The notes: generated by a model not told the origin, from the letters alone. 64,000 bases of DNA from Gemmatimonadota bacterium (GCA_965116475.1 OZ220691.1:1216001-1280000); one strand, 5' to 3'; shown: positions 11,202 to 20,271, counted from the first letter of the stretch. Numbers and translations: made by a program.

Positions 11202-14200
11202 GTGGCGCCGAACCGATCCCGCGGTTCGAGCTTCCGCCTGCTACCGGCGCTGCTGCTCGCCGCGGCGTGCGGGGGTGGCGACAGCCCCGGCGTCATGCGG
11301 CCGCCGCCGACGCCCCCTCCGCCCCCGGCGCCGGTTCCCACGACCGTCACCGTTACGCCCTCCACCGCGACCCTCACGGCGCTGGGTCGCACGGTCGAGT
11401 TGACGGCCGAAGTGCGAGATCAGGCTGGCCAGGTGCTGGCCGGCGCGACGGTCGCGTGGTCGTCCTCCAACGCTTCCGTGGCGACGGTGGCCGCGGACGG
11501 GGTGGTGACCGCGGCCGGCCGCGGGATCGCGACGATCACGGCGGCGGCGGGAAACGCCACGGGCTCGGCGCGCGTGACCGTGGAGCAAGCCGCCGCGAGC
11601 GTCGCCGTCGAGCCGTCTTCACTGGACTTCACCGCGCTCGGCGACACGATGCGGGCGACGGCGATGGTTTCGGACGAAGGCGGGCACCCGATTCCGATGC
11701 CGGCCGTGACCTGGGTGTCGGACGACACGACGGTCGCGTCGGTGGACCCCACCGGGCTCGTAACCGCCACCGGCGAGGGTGCGGCGACGATCGAGGCCAC
11801 CGTTGGAACGGCCATCGGCGCCACCCAAGTGGCGGTGCAGCAGGCACCCGATTCGATGGAGGTCACGAGTCCCGGCAGCGCCCTCGCGATCGGCGATTCG
11901 ATGCAGTTCACGGCGACGGTGTTCGACCGCAACGGACACCCGGTGGGCGGCCTCACGGTCGCCTGGTCGTCGAGCGATCCCGCCGTGGCAACCGTCGACG
12001 AAGCGGGTCTTGTGACGGGGATCGCGGAAGGGTCGGTCGACATCAGTGCCGCGACGAACGGCCTCGACCCCGCCTCGAAGACCCTCGCCGTCCAGGGCGA
12101 GGCGGACCTCACGCGCGGGGCGCTCACCGCCCTCTACGAGAGCACGGGCGGTCCGAACTGGACGCGGAACGAGAACTGGCTCTCGGACGCGCCGCTCGCC
12201 GACTGGCATGGCGTCTCGACCGATGCCGAGGGTCGCGTGACCCAGGTGGCTCTCGTGGCCAACGGACTGCGCGGGGCGATCCCCCCGCAGATCGGGAACC
12301 TCAGGGCCCTCGAGAGACTCTGGCTCTATTCCAACGACCTGAGCGGGGAGATTCCGGCGGAACTCGGGAACCTGCAACGACTGGAATACCTGGGACTCTC
12401 ATCGAACGGCCTCAGCGGCCCGATCCCGCCTGAACTCGGCCGGTTGACACAGTTGACCACGCTGTGGCTCAACTTCAACGATCTCAGCGGACCGATCCCG
12501 CCTGAACTCGGGAACCTCGCGAGCCTCGGGGCCGCGTGGCTCTACAACAACCGGCTGAGCGGACCGATCCCCCCGGAGATCGGGAAACTCCCGAGCCTCA
12601 CGGATCTCCAGTTCCACGCGAACGACTTGAGCGGGCCGATCCCGGGCGAACTCGGAGATCTGACGGGCCTCACCAAATTGTACCTCTACCAGAATCGACT
12701 CGGCGGGGCGATTCCGGCGGAACTCGGCAAGCTGGCGAACCTCACCGAACTGCAGCTCCACGAGAATCTGCTGCGCGGACCGATACCGCCCGAACTCGGG
12801 AGACTCACGAAGCTCACGAAGCTGTATCTCAACGACAACGCCGGCCTGTCGGGGCTGCTGCCGCTGGAACTCGCGGAACTCGGCAGCCTGTCGGACCTGC
12901 TCCTCGAGGCGACGGCGTTGTGCGCGCCCAACGATCCCGGGTTCCGGGACTGGCTCGCGGGGCTGACCGTGGCGGAGGTCGCGCTCTGCCGGCAGGGGGG
13001 CGCGCCCTTCTATCTCATCCAGGCCGTCCAGTCGCTCGACAAGCCCGTGCCGCTCGTGGCGGGCGAGGATGCGCTGCTGCGCGTGTTCCCGATCGCGCTC
13101 CAGTCCACCGACGAACGGATTCCGCCGGTGCGCGTCACCTTCTACGACGACGGGTCGCTGAGCCATACGCTGGAGATTCCGGCGGGGTCGGCGGTGCTCC
13201 CGACGGAGTTCGCCGACAGTCCGCTCGAGCAATCGGCCAACGGTCTGGTCCCGGGCTCGGTGCTCCGGCCGGGCGTGGAGATGGTGATCGAAGTGGATCC
13301 CGACACGACGGTCACCCTCAGCCTCGGCGTCCACGAGCGGATTCCCGAGACGGGACGGTTCGCGCTCGAGGTGCTCGAGCTGGAGCCGCTGAAGCTGACG
13401 GTGGTGCCGTACCTGCAGCGCTCGGCGCCCGACACTGCGTTCGCGCGGCGGGTAGGCGAGTTGACGGCCGGTCACGATTCGTTGTGGGCGACCCGCCATC
13501 TTCTCCCGGTCGGCCAGTTCGAACTGGAAGTCCACGACCCCGTGTGGACGGATCTGGATCCGATCTACGACAACAGCCTGGCGCTGCTGCGGGAGGTCGA
13601 TGCGTTGCGGCTCATGGAGGGGTCGTCGGCCTACTACATGGGGATGCTCCGTGACGGTGGTGGAAAGGCGCACATCGCGCGCAAGGCGAGCGTATCGGGA
13701 ATCGATGGGCTCACGATGGCGCACGAGGTGGGGCATAACCTGTCCCTCCTCCATGCGCCGTGCGCCGTGAACGAGGCCCTCGACCCGCGGTATCCGTACG
13801 AGCGCGGGGTCATCGGGGGGCGCGGCTACGACAGCCGCGGCGGCACGCTCGTCGCGCCCGCCCTCGCGGACCTGATGGCCTACTGCCGACCGCGCTGGAT
13901 CAGCGACTATCACTTCACGAAGGCGGCCGAGTACCGGCTGCGGGTGGCCGCGTCGGCGACCCGCGTGGCGGGCGGGGCGACGCGGAATCTGCTGCTGTGG
14001 GGCGGTGTCGAGGGGGGGCGGATGGTCCTCGATCCCTCCTTCGTGGTCGAGTCGGCGCCGCGGGTGCCCGAGGCGGGCGGCCCGTACCGGCTCGAGGGGC
14101 GGGACGCGAGCGGCGTGGCGCTGTTCACCCTCGACTTCGATATGGCCGAAGTGTCGGACGGGGACCCGGGGGATGGCGGGTTCGTGTTCGCGCTGCCGGT

Positions 14201-14438
14201 CGGTGCGGGCTGGGAGGCGCTGGCGAGCATCACCCTGAGCGGGCCCGAGGGCTCCGTGTCGCTGGACCGCGACTCCGGGCCCGCGATGGGGCTGCTGATC
14301 GATGACGCCTCGGGGGCGGCGCGGGGGTTCCTGCGCGACGTCGTGGCGGCGGACGGGGGGGCGGCGTTGCCTGAGCCGGGCCTGCGCGTGCAGGTCAGCC
14401 CGGGGGTGCCTCGGCGAGAGGCGTGGGAGCGGCGGTAA
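11202..14438 (+). CDS. Lipoprotein: 3 Ig-like (Big_2) domains + plant-type LRRs + zinc metallopeptidase
   Basis: Lipobox LLAAAC; three W.S.(N/D)..VA.V...G.VT repeats; about 8 24-aa repeats LxxLxxLxLxxNxLSGxIPxELG; HEVGHNLSLLH metzincin motif. Confidence 0.85.
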   Translation: MAPNRSRGSSFRLLPALLLAAACGGGDSPGVMRPPPTPPPPPAPVPTTVTVTPSTATLTALGRTVELTAEVRDQAGQVLAGATVAWSSSNASVATVAADGVVTAAGRGIATITAAAGNATGSARVTVEQAAASVAVEPSSLDFTALGDTMRATAMVSDEGGHPIPMPAVTWVSDDTTVASVDPTGLVTATGEGAATIEATVGTAIGATQVAVQQAPDSMEVTSPGSALAIGDSMQFTATVFDRNGHPVGGLTVAWSSSDPAVATVDEAGLVTGIAEGSVDISAATNGLDPASKTLAVQGEADLTRGALTALYESTGGPNWTRNENWLSDAPLADWHGVSTDAEGRVTQVALVANGLRGAIPPQIGNLRALERLWLYSNDLSGEIPAELGNLQRLEYLGLSSNGLSGPIPPELGRLTQLTTLWLNFNDLSGPIPPELGNLASLGAAWLYNNRLSGPIPPEIGKLPSLTDLQFHANDLSGPIPGELGDLTGLTKLYLYQNRLGGAIPAELGKLANLTELQLHENLLRGPIPPELGRLTKLTKLYLNDNAGLSGLLPLELAELGSLSDLLLEATALCAPNDPGFRDWLAGLTVAEVALCRQGGAPFYLIQAVQSLDKPVPLVAGEDALLRVFPIALQSTDERIPPVRVTFYDDGSLSHTLEIPAGSAVLPTEFADSPLEQSANGLVPGSVLRPGVEMVIEVDPDTTVTLSLGVHERIPETGRFALEVLELEPLKLTVVPYLQRSAPDTAFARRVGELTAGHDSLWATRHLLPVGQFELEVHDPVWTDLDPIYDNSLALLREVDALRLMEGSSAYYMGMLRDGGGKAHIARKASVSGIDGLTMAHEVGHNLSLLHAPCAVNEALDPRYPYERGVIGGRGYDSRGGTLVAPALADLMAYCRPRWISDYHFTKAAEYRLRVAASATRVAGGATRNLLLWGGVEGGRMVLDPSFVVESAPRVPEAGGPYRLEGRDASGVALFTLDFDMAEVSDGDPGDGGFVFALPVGAGWEALASITLSGPEGSVSLDRDSGPAMGLLIDDASGAARGFLRDVVAADGGAALPEPGLRVQVSPGVPRREAWERR

Positions 14439-14456
14439 CTCGCGTCGGCCGCGGCT

Positions 14457-14830
14457 TCATTCTGGTAGTCGAAAGCGGAAGGATACGACCGAGTGCACCT
14501 CGAAGGTCGGGTCCATGACCACGCCGACGATGGTGTCTTCGCCGAAGAACGGAGGCGGCTCCGCGAGCAGCGGGAGCGGGACGACGACGGTGCCCACATG
14601 GCGTCCGTCGTACTCCAGGACGTCGAAATGCCGCGACGAGGCCATGCCTTCCGGAGGCCAGCGCTCGACCCAGATGCGGTCGGCGGCGCCCGCGTTGATC
14701 GAGATGAAGGCCGGCAGCGAGTCCGGGATCTCGCCGCTGAGGATCTCCGGCGCGACGTGAACGACTTCGTCCAGCGGGACGGGAAGCGAATCGATGCGCG
14801 CCTCGAGCTTGCGGGGACGCGCGACGGTGT
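14457..14830 (-). pseudogene. 5'-truncated remnant resembling the C-terminus of a 6-bladed beta-propeller protein
   Basis: Open frame ...IPDSLPAFISINAGAADRIWVERW...HFDVLEYDGRHVGTVVVP...; no credible start, in-frame stop at 14838-14840. Confidence 0.5.
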
Positions 14831-14845
14831 GTAATCCTTACACAC
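14827..14845. promoter_or_regulatory. Perfect inverted repeat, likely TA autoregulatory operator
   Basis: GTGTGTAA-TCC-TTACACAC, 25 nt upstream of the antitoxin start. Confidence 0.6.
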
Positions 14846-14870
14846 TAGGCTGTCCGGGAAGGAGAACCAC

Positions 14871-15104
14871 GTGGCTCGACGGGTCAACATCATGATGGAC
14901 GAGGACTCGTGGCGGGTGCTACAGAGGCTGCCGCGCGGTACCCGCAGCCGCGCCGTCAACGAGGCCATCCGCGAGTGGTCGGGCGCTTCCAGGCAGCGGG
15001 ACGCCTCCGCCCGGATGGACGCGTTGCGAGCGCGATTGCCCGCAGTCGAGACCGACCGGATCGTCCGCTGGATACGCGAAGAGCGGGAGCGACGGCTGCC
15101 GTGA
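14871..15104 (+). CDS. RHH-type antitoxin
   Basis: 77 aa, RRVNIMMD...RSRAVNEAIREW; AAGGAG RBS; GTGA overlap with PIN gene. Confidence 0.75.
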   Translation: MARRVNIMMDEDSWRVLQRLPRGTRSRAVNEAIREWSGASRQRDASARMDALRARLPAVETDRIVRWIREERERRLP

Positions 15105-15523
15105 TCGTAACGCCGGACGCGTCGGTTATCCTCAAGTGGGTTCTTCCGGGCGACGACGAGCAGGACACGGACGCGGCGCTCGAGCTTCGGGACGAGGCTG
15201 TGGCGGGAACCCTCGACCTTGTCGCTCCCCAACTCTGGATCTACGAGGTGGGCAACACGCTGGCGAGGCGGTTTCCCGATGACGCCGACGCGCTCCTGGC
15301 CTCCCTGGCCGACTTCGGCCTGACGGAGGCGCGGCTGGACGCCAACTGGAGAAAGCGCGCCGTGGCTCTGTCCGTGACGTACGGAGTCGCGTTCCAAGAC
15401 GCGGCGTACCACGCCGTGGCGCTTGGCCTCGGGGGCGTGTTTGTCACGGCCGACGAGCGATATGTGCGTCGCGCCTCGAGCGCCGGGAGGATCTCCTCGC
15501 TACGGCTTTGGCAAGCCCGCTGA
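15101..15523 (+). CDS. PIN-domain (VapC-like) toxin
   Basis: MIVTPDASVILKW...YEVGN...QDAAYHAVA...FVTAD acidic tetrad. Confidence 0.88.
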   Translation: MIVTPDASVILKWVLPGDDEQDTDAALELRDEAVAGTLDLVAPQLWIYEVGNTLARRFPDDADALLASLADFGLTEARLDANWRKRAVALSVTYGVAFQDAAYHAVALGLGGVFVTADERYVRRASSAGRISSLRLWQAR

Positions 15524-15582
15524 GGACGACCCATTGGATGCGTCGGGAGTGGCCTGAACGCTGCCGAGCTTGACCGCGCGGA

Positions 15583-15660
15583 ATCGCGGTCGATCAGGCC
15601 TTCCCTCTCGAACTCAAGGCGCCGAACGCCGAGACCCGCAGGGCCGCGGCCGAGGGAGCC
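15583..15660 (+). pseudogene. Fragment of a RelB/DinJ antitoxin C-terminus
   Basis: Manual translation IAVDQAFPLELKAPNAETRRAAAE matches the DinJ-type P.EL..PNAET..A pattern; no start codon. Confidence 0.55.
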
Positions 15661-15663
15661 ACT

Positions 15664-16785
15664 TCAGGGACTGGCCGGAGAATTCGTCACCGCGAGGGCC
15701 ATCACGGGGTAGAGCGTCCCGGTATAGGTGATGAAGTGCCACGTCTCGGTATTGAGCGACTTCGTCCACCAGCGGCCCGACTCTCTCTGGTTCCGCTTGA
15801 GCCACTCCACGCCTCGCTGCACGGCCGGGTGTGTGGGTGGCACCCCCGCGGACGACAGCACGACAACCGCCAGACCCGTTTGGTGGCCGTCGCTCGCGGG
15901 ATCGCCGAAGTCCGCCTCGGATCGCAGGCGTTCCGCGCGGTTGCCGCGGCCCCACTCCTCGGGCTGAGCGAAAGAGCGAATCGACCATCCCCCGTCCGGG
16001 CGCTGACGGTCCAGGATCGTCCGGACGATGTCCTGCTTCTCGTCGGCGCTGATCACGCCCGGGAGGTACCGGTCCGCCCAGAGCAGGGCCACCCGAGCGT
16101 AGTCATGGGGAGGAGGGACCCGCCGCAGGTAGTCTCGCAGACTGGCGATCTGCCTCTGCAACTCGGGGGAGGTTGCCTGCTCGAGCCATCCCGGAGCCAG
16201 GCCCACACCCATGGCGGCAACCGTCGCGAGTTGAAACGCGTCGGACTCGAACGGTGGCCAGGTGTCCGGCGAGTGCCACGCCCCGTCGTCGCGCTGAAGG
16301 CTGAACATGAGTTGGAGAGCCTGCCCGGTCTCGGGAGACAGCCGCCCATCCACGTGCGCATCCCACGATGCCAGGGACGCGGCCAGGTGCACGACCTCCG
16401 CAGGGTTCACATCCTGCTGGAGCTCTTCGGGGTCCGTGGCGAGCCTGTCCTGAAGTCGCTCTTCGAGGAAGGCCCGGAAGGCGGCATCGGGCCGACCCAG
16501 GCTCTCGGCGAGTTGCGGACGAAGGATCCCGTACCAACCCGTGGTGTGACACGAGACGCAGCCGCGGTTGTTCGCCCAGGCCCAGGCCCCATCCTCCAGG
16601 TAGGCGACCGCCCGCTCGAGAGACAGGTTCTCCGCAATCGGCTCGTCCTCCGACGCCGGCGGAATGGAGATCTCTCCGAAGTGATACTGATACGCGCGGT
16701 GGTCGCCCCAATCCTGCCCGTGAAGCTCCGAGCCGAGAAGCGAGATCCCAACCGACAGTCCGAGTGCGGCGTGCGTGAGTCTCAT
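15664..16785 (-). CDS. Secreted prenyltransferase/squalene-cyclase-repeat protein with CxxCH
   Basis: Signal peptide MRLTHAALG...; QW-type repeats LQRDDGAW, RQRPDGGW, NQRESGRW; CVSCH. Confidence 0.75.
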   Translation of the reverse strand: MRLTHAALGLSVGISLLGSELHGQDWGDHRAYQYHFGEISIPPASEDEPIAENLSLERAVAYLEDGAWAWANNRGCVSCHTTGWYGILRPQLAESLGRPDAAFRAFLEERLQDRLATDPEELQQDVNPAEVVHLAASLASWDAHVDGRLSPETGQALQLMFSLQRDDGAWHSPDTWPPFESDAFQLATVAAMGVGLAPGWLEQATSPELQRQIASLRDYLRRVPPPHDYARVALLWADRYLPGVISADEKQDIVRTILDRQRPDGGWSIRSFAQPEEWGRGNRAERLRSEADFGDPASDGHQTGLAVVVLSSAGVPPTHPAVQRGVEWLKRNQRESGRWWTKSLNTETWHFITYTGTLYPVMALAVTNSPASP

Positions 16786-16968
16786 AACCGGGCGCAATCC
16801 CAAGAGGTCCTCGTGCTGGGGGCCACAGCCATCGTAAACGCCGGTTTGCCGCCATGTAAAGGCACGCGCGCGAGTCTTGACGTTCCCGCAGGAACGTGCC
16901 TTGCGGCTGAACGAACCGCGACCGCCGGCGCCGTCGACGGGCACGGTCGGCAGCTATCGGTTCGGCCG

Positions 16969-17400
16969 TCAGGGGGGCGTTTCGATGCCGATCTCGGGTG
17001 CCGCAGCGGCGAAATGGCGGATGTTCCAGGTGACGATCGTCGAGGCGCGCGCTTTCAGCGCGCATGCCGCGATGAGCATGTCGTACGTCTGCCCGCTGAT
17101 GACTCCTCTTCGCTGTGCTCTGCGTAGCGTGCGCCAGGTCTCGGCCGCCGTCAGGTGTATGGTGGGAGTGGCGCCCCAGTTCGCCTCCAGCAGCGCGATG
17201 GCGTCTCCGGACCGCAGGCGATGGGGTCCGGGCAGCCGTGTGAGGACCGCGTACGTTTCCGCCAGCGAATGAGCGGCAAGCACAAGCTCTTCGCCGGCGC
17301 TCTCGCGCCGCGTCATCTCGGCACGGGTGCGCGCGTGATGTTCGTGCCAGGAACAGACCGTCGCGACCAGAGCGCTTGTGTCGCAGAGGTAACGGGTCAC
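16969..17400 (-). CDS. PIN-domain (VapC-like) toxin
   Basis: YLCDTSALV, LAETYAVLTRLP, YDMLIAACA, TWNIRHF. Confidence 0.88.
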   Translation of the reverse strand: MTRYLCDTSALVATVCSWHEHHARTRAEMTRRESAGEELVLAAHSLAETYAVLTRLPGPHRLRSGDAIALLEANWGATPTIHLTAAETWRTLRRAQRRGVISGQTYDMLIAACALKARASTIVTWNIRHFAAAAPEIGIETPP

Positions 17401-17678
17401 CCGGCCCCTTGAATCCCGCTCGCCGAGGGTGCGCCGGAGCGGAGGCCGGCCATCGTTTTCTCGACTTCCGCCGCCGACAACACTGGCTGGCCCTCGCGCG
17501 GAACCGCGACCACGGCAGAGCCGTGCCGCTCGATCGAGACATCCAGCGGTACCGGCTCGATCTCGATGCAGCCGTCCCGGACGCGGAATCGGACGCGGGT
17601 TCCGGGGCGCAACCGGCTCGCTTCTCGAACCGCCTTGGGCACAACCAGGCGGCCAGCTTTGTCGATGGTAGTTTCCAT
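17397..17678 (-). CDS. AbrB/MazE/SpoVT-family antitoxin
   Basis: METTIDKAGRLVVPKAVRE...LRPGTRV; GTGA overlap with PIN gene; tandem ATGGCA repeats upstream. Confidence 0.88.
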   Translation of the reverse strand: METTIDKAGRLVVPKAVREASRLRPGTRVRFRVRDGCIEIEPVPLDVSIERHGSAVVAVPREGQPVLSAAEVEKTMAGLRSGAPSASGIQGAG

Positions 17679-18065
17679 GGTAATAATAATGCCATTTTGA
17701 GTGCCATCGATCAAGATGACCTCGTTGTGGCGAAGCGGGTTCCTAACGCCCGTGTGAGTGTGGGCCCGAGACGATGGTGACGGGATGTCAGCGCGGAGGA
17801 GTCACCCGTCGTCCTGCTTCCGCGTCGTGGCCTCGGCGCTGCTAACCTTTAGAAAGAGTTATGACGAGTTAGATACGTATAAGGGAAAACGACGTCTAAT
17901 CACGCATAACTCTGTCAAGATGCTGTGGTCGCCCGCGTTGAACGCGCCGTGACGTTGGCTGGTATCCTCAGCGCAACAGCGCCAATCAACGCTGTTTCGA
18001 GCAACGTACCACTTGGTGGCGGGGGAGGTGAGATGGGTCGTGGGCACTGGATTGTCGTACCTTCG

Positions 18066-18359
18066 GGTACGATCCTCGGCTCGTACATGCAGTGCCGCGA
18101 GGACATCCCGGTGCCGGACACCACGGCGGGCGGGCGGGAGACGGTCGCGGTTCCGTTGGTCGTTGCGGCGAAGCTCGCCCTCTATACGGCCATGCGCGAG
18201 CAGGGACTTACGAAGGTCGGTCTGGCCCGGCGCCTGGGCTTGAGCGAGGGTGCGGTGCGGAAGCTCCTGAACCCGAATCACCGCTCCCACATCGGGCAGA
18301 TCGAACGAGCGCTCGCGAAGGTGGGCCGGCGGCTCGTCGCGGAGGACGCGGCCGTTTAG
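18066..18359 (+). pseudogene. N-terminally truncated HicB-like antitoxin (HTH half)
   Basis: ...SYMQCREDIPVP...AAKLALYTAMREQGLTKVGLARRLG...VRKLLNPNHRSHIGQIERAL; HicB N-terminus and hicA absent. Confidence 0.65.
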
Positions 18360-18382
18360 CGGAGGCGGGCGGGCGGACCCGC

Positions 18383-18559
18383 CTATTCTTCGCCGGCTTC
18401 GTTGAGGTCCGCCAACAGCTCTTCCGCTTCGGCGTCATCCTCCTGCTGCTGCGCGGCAATATCCTCCTCAGTGGTGGCGTCCAGCACCGCGTAATCGACC
18501 CTGCCCTCGGGCAGGCTCTCAGGATCGGCCAGATCAATCGTGATGCGCGTCGTGCTCAT
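18383..18559 (-). pseudogene. Antitoxin N-terminal fragment (58 aa, HTH missing), copy 1
   Basis: MSTTRITIDLADPESLPEGRVDYAVLDATTEEDIAAQQQEDDAEA...; resembles the N-terminus of XRE-HTH antitoxins. Confidence 0.5.
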
Positions 18560-18585
18560 GTTTCCGATCTCCCTTCCCATGCTTC
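18425..18585. repeat. 161-bp direct repeat, copy 1 (copy 2 at 20137-20297)
   Basis: Ungapped manual alignment, about 16 mismatches (about 90% identity). Confidence 0.9.
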
Positions 18586-18719
18586 TTGAACGTGCTGCGA
18601 GCCGCCTGGCGGGCGGTCGCCATTTCGCCCTCGACGCCGCTGACGGGGCGCAACTCTCCCCGGGCCTGCGGGTGCTGTAGGCCATTCGTCACAGCCCTTC
18701 GTTTCATGGGCGATGGCGC

Positions 18720-19541
18720 TCATTCATCCGAGGTCGCCTTCGGGAGTTCCAGCTGCTGCTCCTGGGGAATCCAGGCACCGATGTTCCCGGGCATTCGCCG
18801 GGTCGTGCAGGGCGGGCAGTCGCAGCCCCTTCCGCGATTGGGACCAAGGTGGACCAAGCCATGGATGACGCCCTCGCGCTGATCGAAGTAGCCTATGAGT
18901 CTTCGCGCCAGCGCGGGGTCTCGCCTCTCGTACAAGAGCCAGATTGCGTGTGCGATGAAGTCTGCTGCCTGGAGCAATCGCGATTCCCTCATCGGGGCGA
19001 AGTACGGAATGTCGGCGAGGTTGTTGATCGAACCCCACTGGGTCCCGCGGCGCCGAAACCCCCGCACCCAGAGCTTGGCGCGGGCATCAAACCGACCCTC
19101 GGAGAAGATCAGCAGCCCTCGTTGTGGATCTTGTCGCTCACGGTAGCGTCGCGTCAGGAAAGTATCGAAGCGCTGGCAGACCTGTTCGGTAGCAGCCTCA
19201 ACGGCGTCCTCACCGTAGAGGTCGGAGTCCTTCTCGATTGCCGCAGCGTAGAGCTGTAGGCCACCGTAGTCGTCCGTGGCGGTGATCGCCGAAACCACGT
19301 CATCCAGAACTTCCTGTCGCTTTTCCTCGCCAACGCTACGCCAGAGTTTGCGGCCGGCTCGTATCGCCGATGCGTGAAATGGAACCGGTTGCTGGTTGGG
19401 AAAGTGCTTCTCTTGCACGCCTTCGAGACGCCGATTCAGGTGGTAGGTCTGGCGCTCGAAGAGAGCCAAGCCGGCCAACACGAAATAGCGATCGCCAGGA
19501 TCGTTCTCGTTCCCCGACTCGTCGAGGTAGAGCAGGTACAT
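18720..19541 (-). CDS. DUF3800-domain protein
   Basis: MYLLYLDESG, YFVLAG, LLQAADFIAHA signatures; C-terminal CDCPPC; GGAG 7 nt before ATG. Confidence 0.85.
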   Translation of the reverse strand: MYLLYLDESGNENDPGDRYFVLAGLALFERQTYHLNRRLEGVQEKHFPNQQPVPFHASAIRAGRKLWRSVGEEKRQEVLDDVVSAITATDDYGGLQLYAAAIEKDSDLYGEDAVEAATEQVCQRFDTFLTRRYRERQDPQRGLLIFSEGRFDARAKLWVRGFRRRGTQWGSINNLADIPYFAPMRESRLLQAADFIAHAIWLLYERRDPALARRLIGYFDQREGVIHGLVHLGPNRGRGCDCPPCTTRRMPGNIGAWIPQEQQLELPKATSDE

Positions 19542-19548
19542 GCGCGAG

Positions 19549-19812
19549 CTCCAGCGTTTGACGGGTCGCGCCACCCACCGGTAAGTTTCCTGTCAGCAGT
19601 CCTGCGACCGGCGTGGTTGCCTTAGCGATCCGATTGAACGGTTGCCTTGGGGGCGGCGGGTCTCTCATGCGGTGAGAGGCCGCCGCCCCTTTCGCGTCCT
19701 GATGTAGTGGATCCCTGGCGGGCGCCAAGGCCACTTCGACCACTCCGCGGGCTGGCTGGTCTCCCGTTTCGCGGATTTTGTCTCGGCCCTCAACCCGTCA
19801 AACGGTCTGGAG
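19549..19812 (-). ncRNA. Candidate structured RNA/leader 5' of the DUF3800 gene
   Basis: Terminal 18-bp pairing with 2-nt bulge, internal 17-bp hairpin 19650-19689, further nested inverted repeats; no credible ORF. Confidence 0.55.
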
Positions 19813-19862
19813 GGTATGGCGTCAAGCAGACGATCTGCCTTCGAACCCATCTCCGCAGATTT

Positions 19863-20105
19863 TCACGCCTTGGTCCGACTCTCCCGCGTGGGGCGACGCT
19901 CGCCCTCTACAAGCATCGTCGTGGCAAGCTCAAGCAGTTCGACCGCCTGATCCCGCGAGACCGTAGGGTAGTCGTTGAGGAAATCGTCGAGCCGGTCGCC
20001 CGCTTCGAGATGCTCCATCAGGATGTGCACCGGAACCCTCGTGCCCGCGAACACGGGAGTCCCGCTCACGATGTCGGGGTTCCTGTCGATAACCTTGTCC
20101 GTCAT
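19863..20105 (-). CDS. DUF433-family antitoxin, cognate toxin absent
   Basis: MTDKVIDRNPDIVSGTPVFAGTRVPV...LEAGDRLDDFLNDYPTV. Confidence 0.85.
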   Translation of the reverse strand: MTDKVIDRNPDIVSGTPVFAGTRVPVHILMEHLEAGDRLDDFLNDYPTVSRDQAVELLELATTMLVEGERRPTRESRTKA

Positions 20106-20106
20106 G

Positions 20107-20271
20107 CTAGTCCGAGCGCCGCTCCCTGTCCCTTGTCGCTTCGGCGTCATCCTCCCGCTGTTGCGAGGCGATATCCTCCTCGGTGGTGGCGTCCAGCACC
20201 GCGTAATCGACCCTTCCCTCGGGCCAGCTTCCGGGATCGTCCGGATCAACCGTGATGCGCGTCGTGCTCAT
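20107..20271 (-). pseudogene. Antitoxin N-terminal fragment (54 aa), copy 2
   Basis: Manual translation MSTTRITVDPDDPGSWPEGRVDYAVLDATTEEDIASQQREDDAEATRDRERRSD*. Confidence 0.5.

Noticed and set aside
12260..12900. 72-nt periodic repeats resembling an array
   Set aside because: Coding LRR units, not CRISPR; no constant repeat with unique spacers and no cas genes
17841..17913. Integron attC call
   Set aside because: GTT...AAC order is inverted relative to attC (RYYYAAC...GTTRRRY) and there is no intI; kept only as an unexplained palindrome
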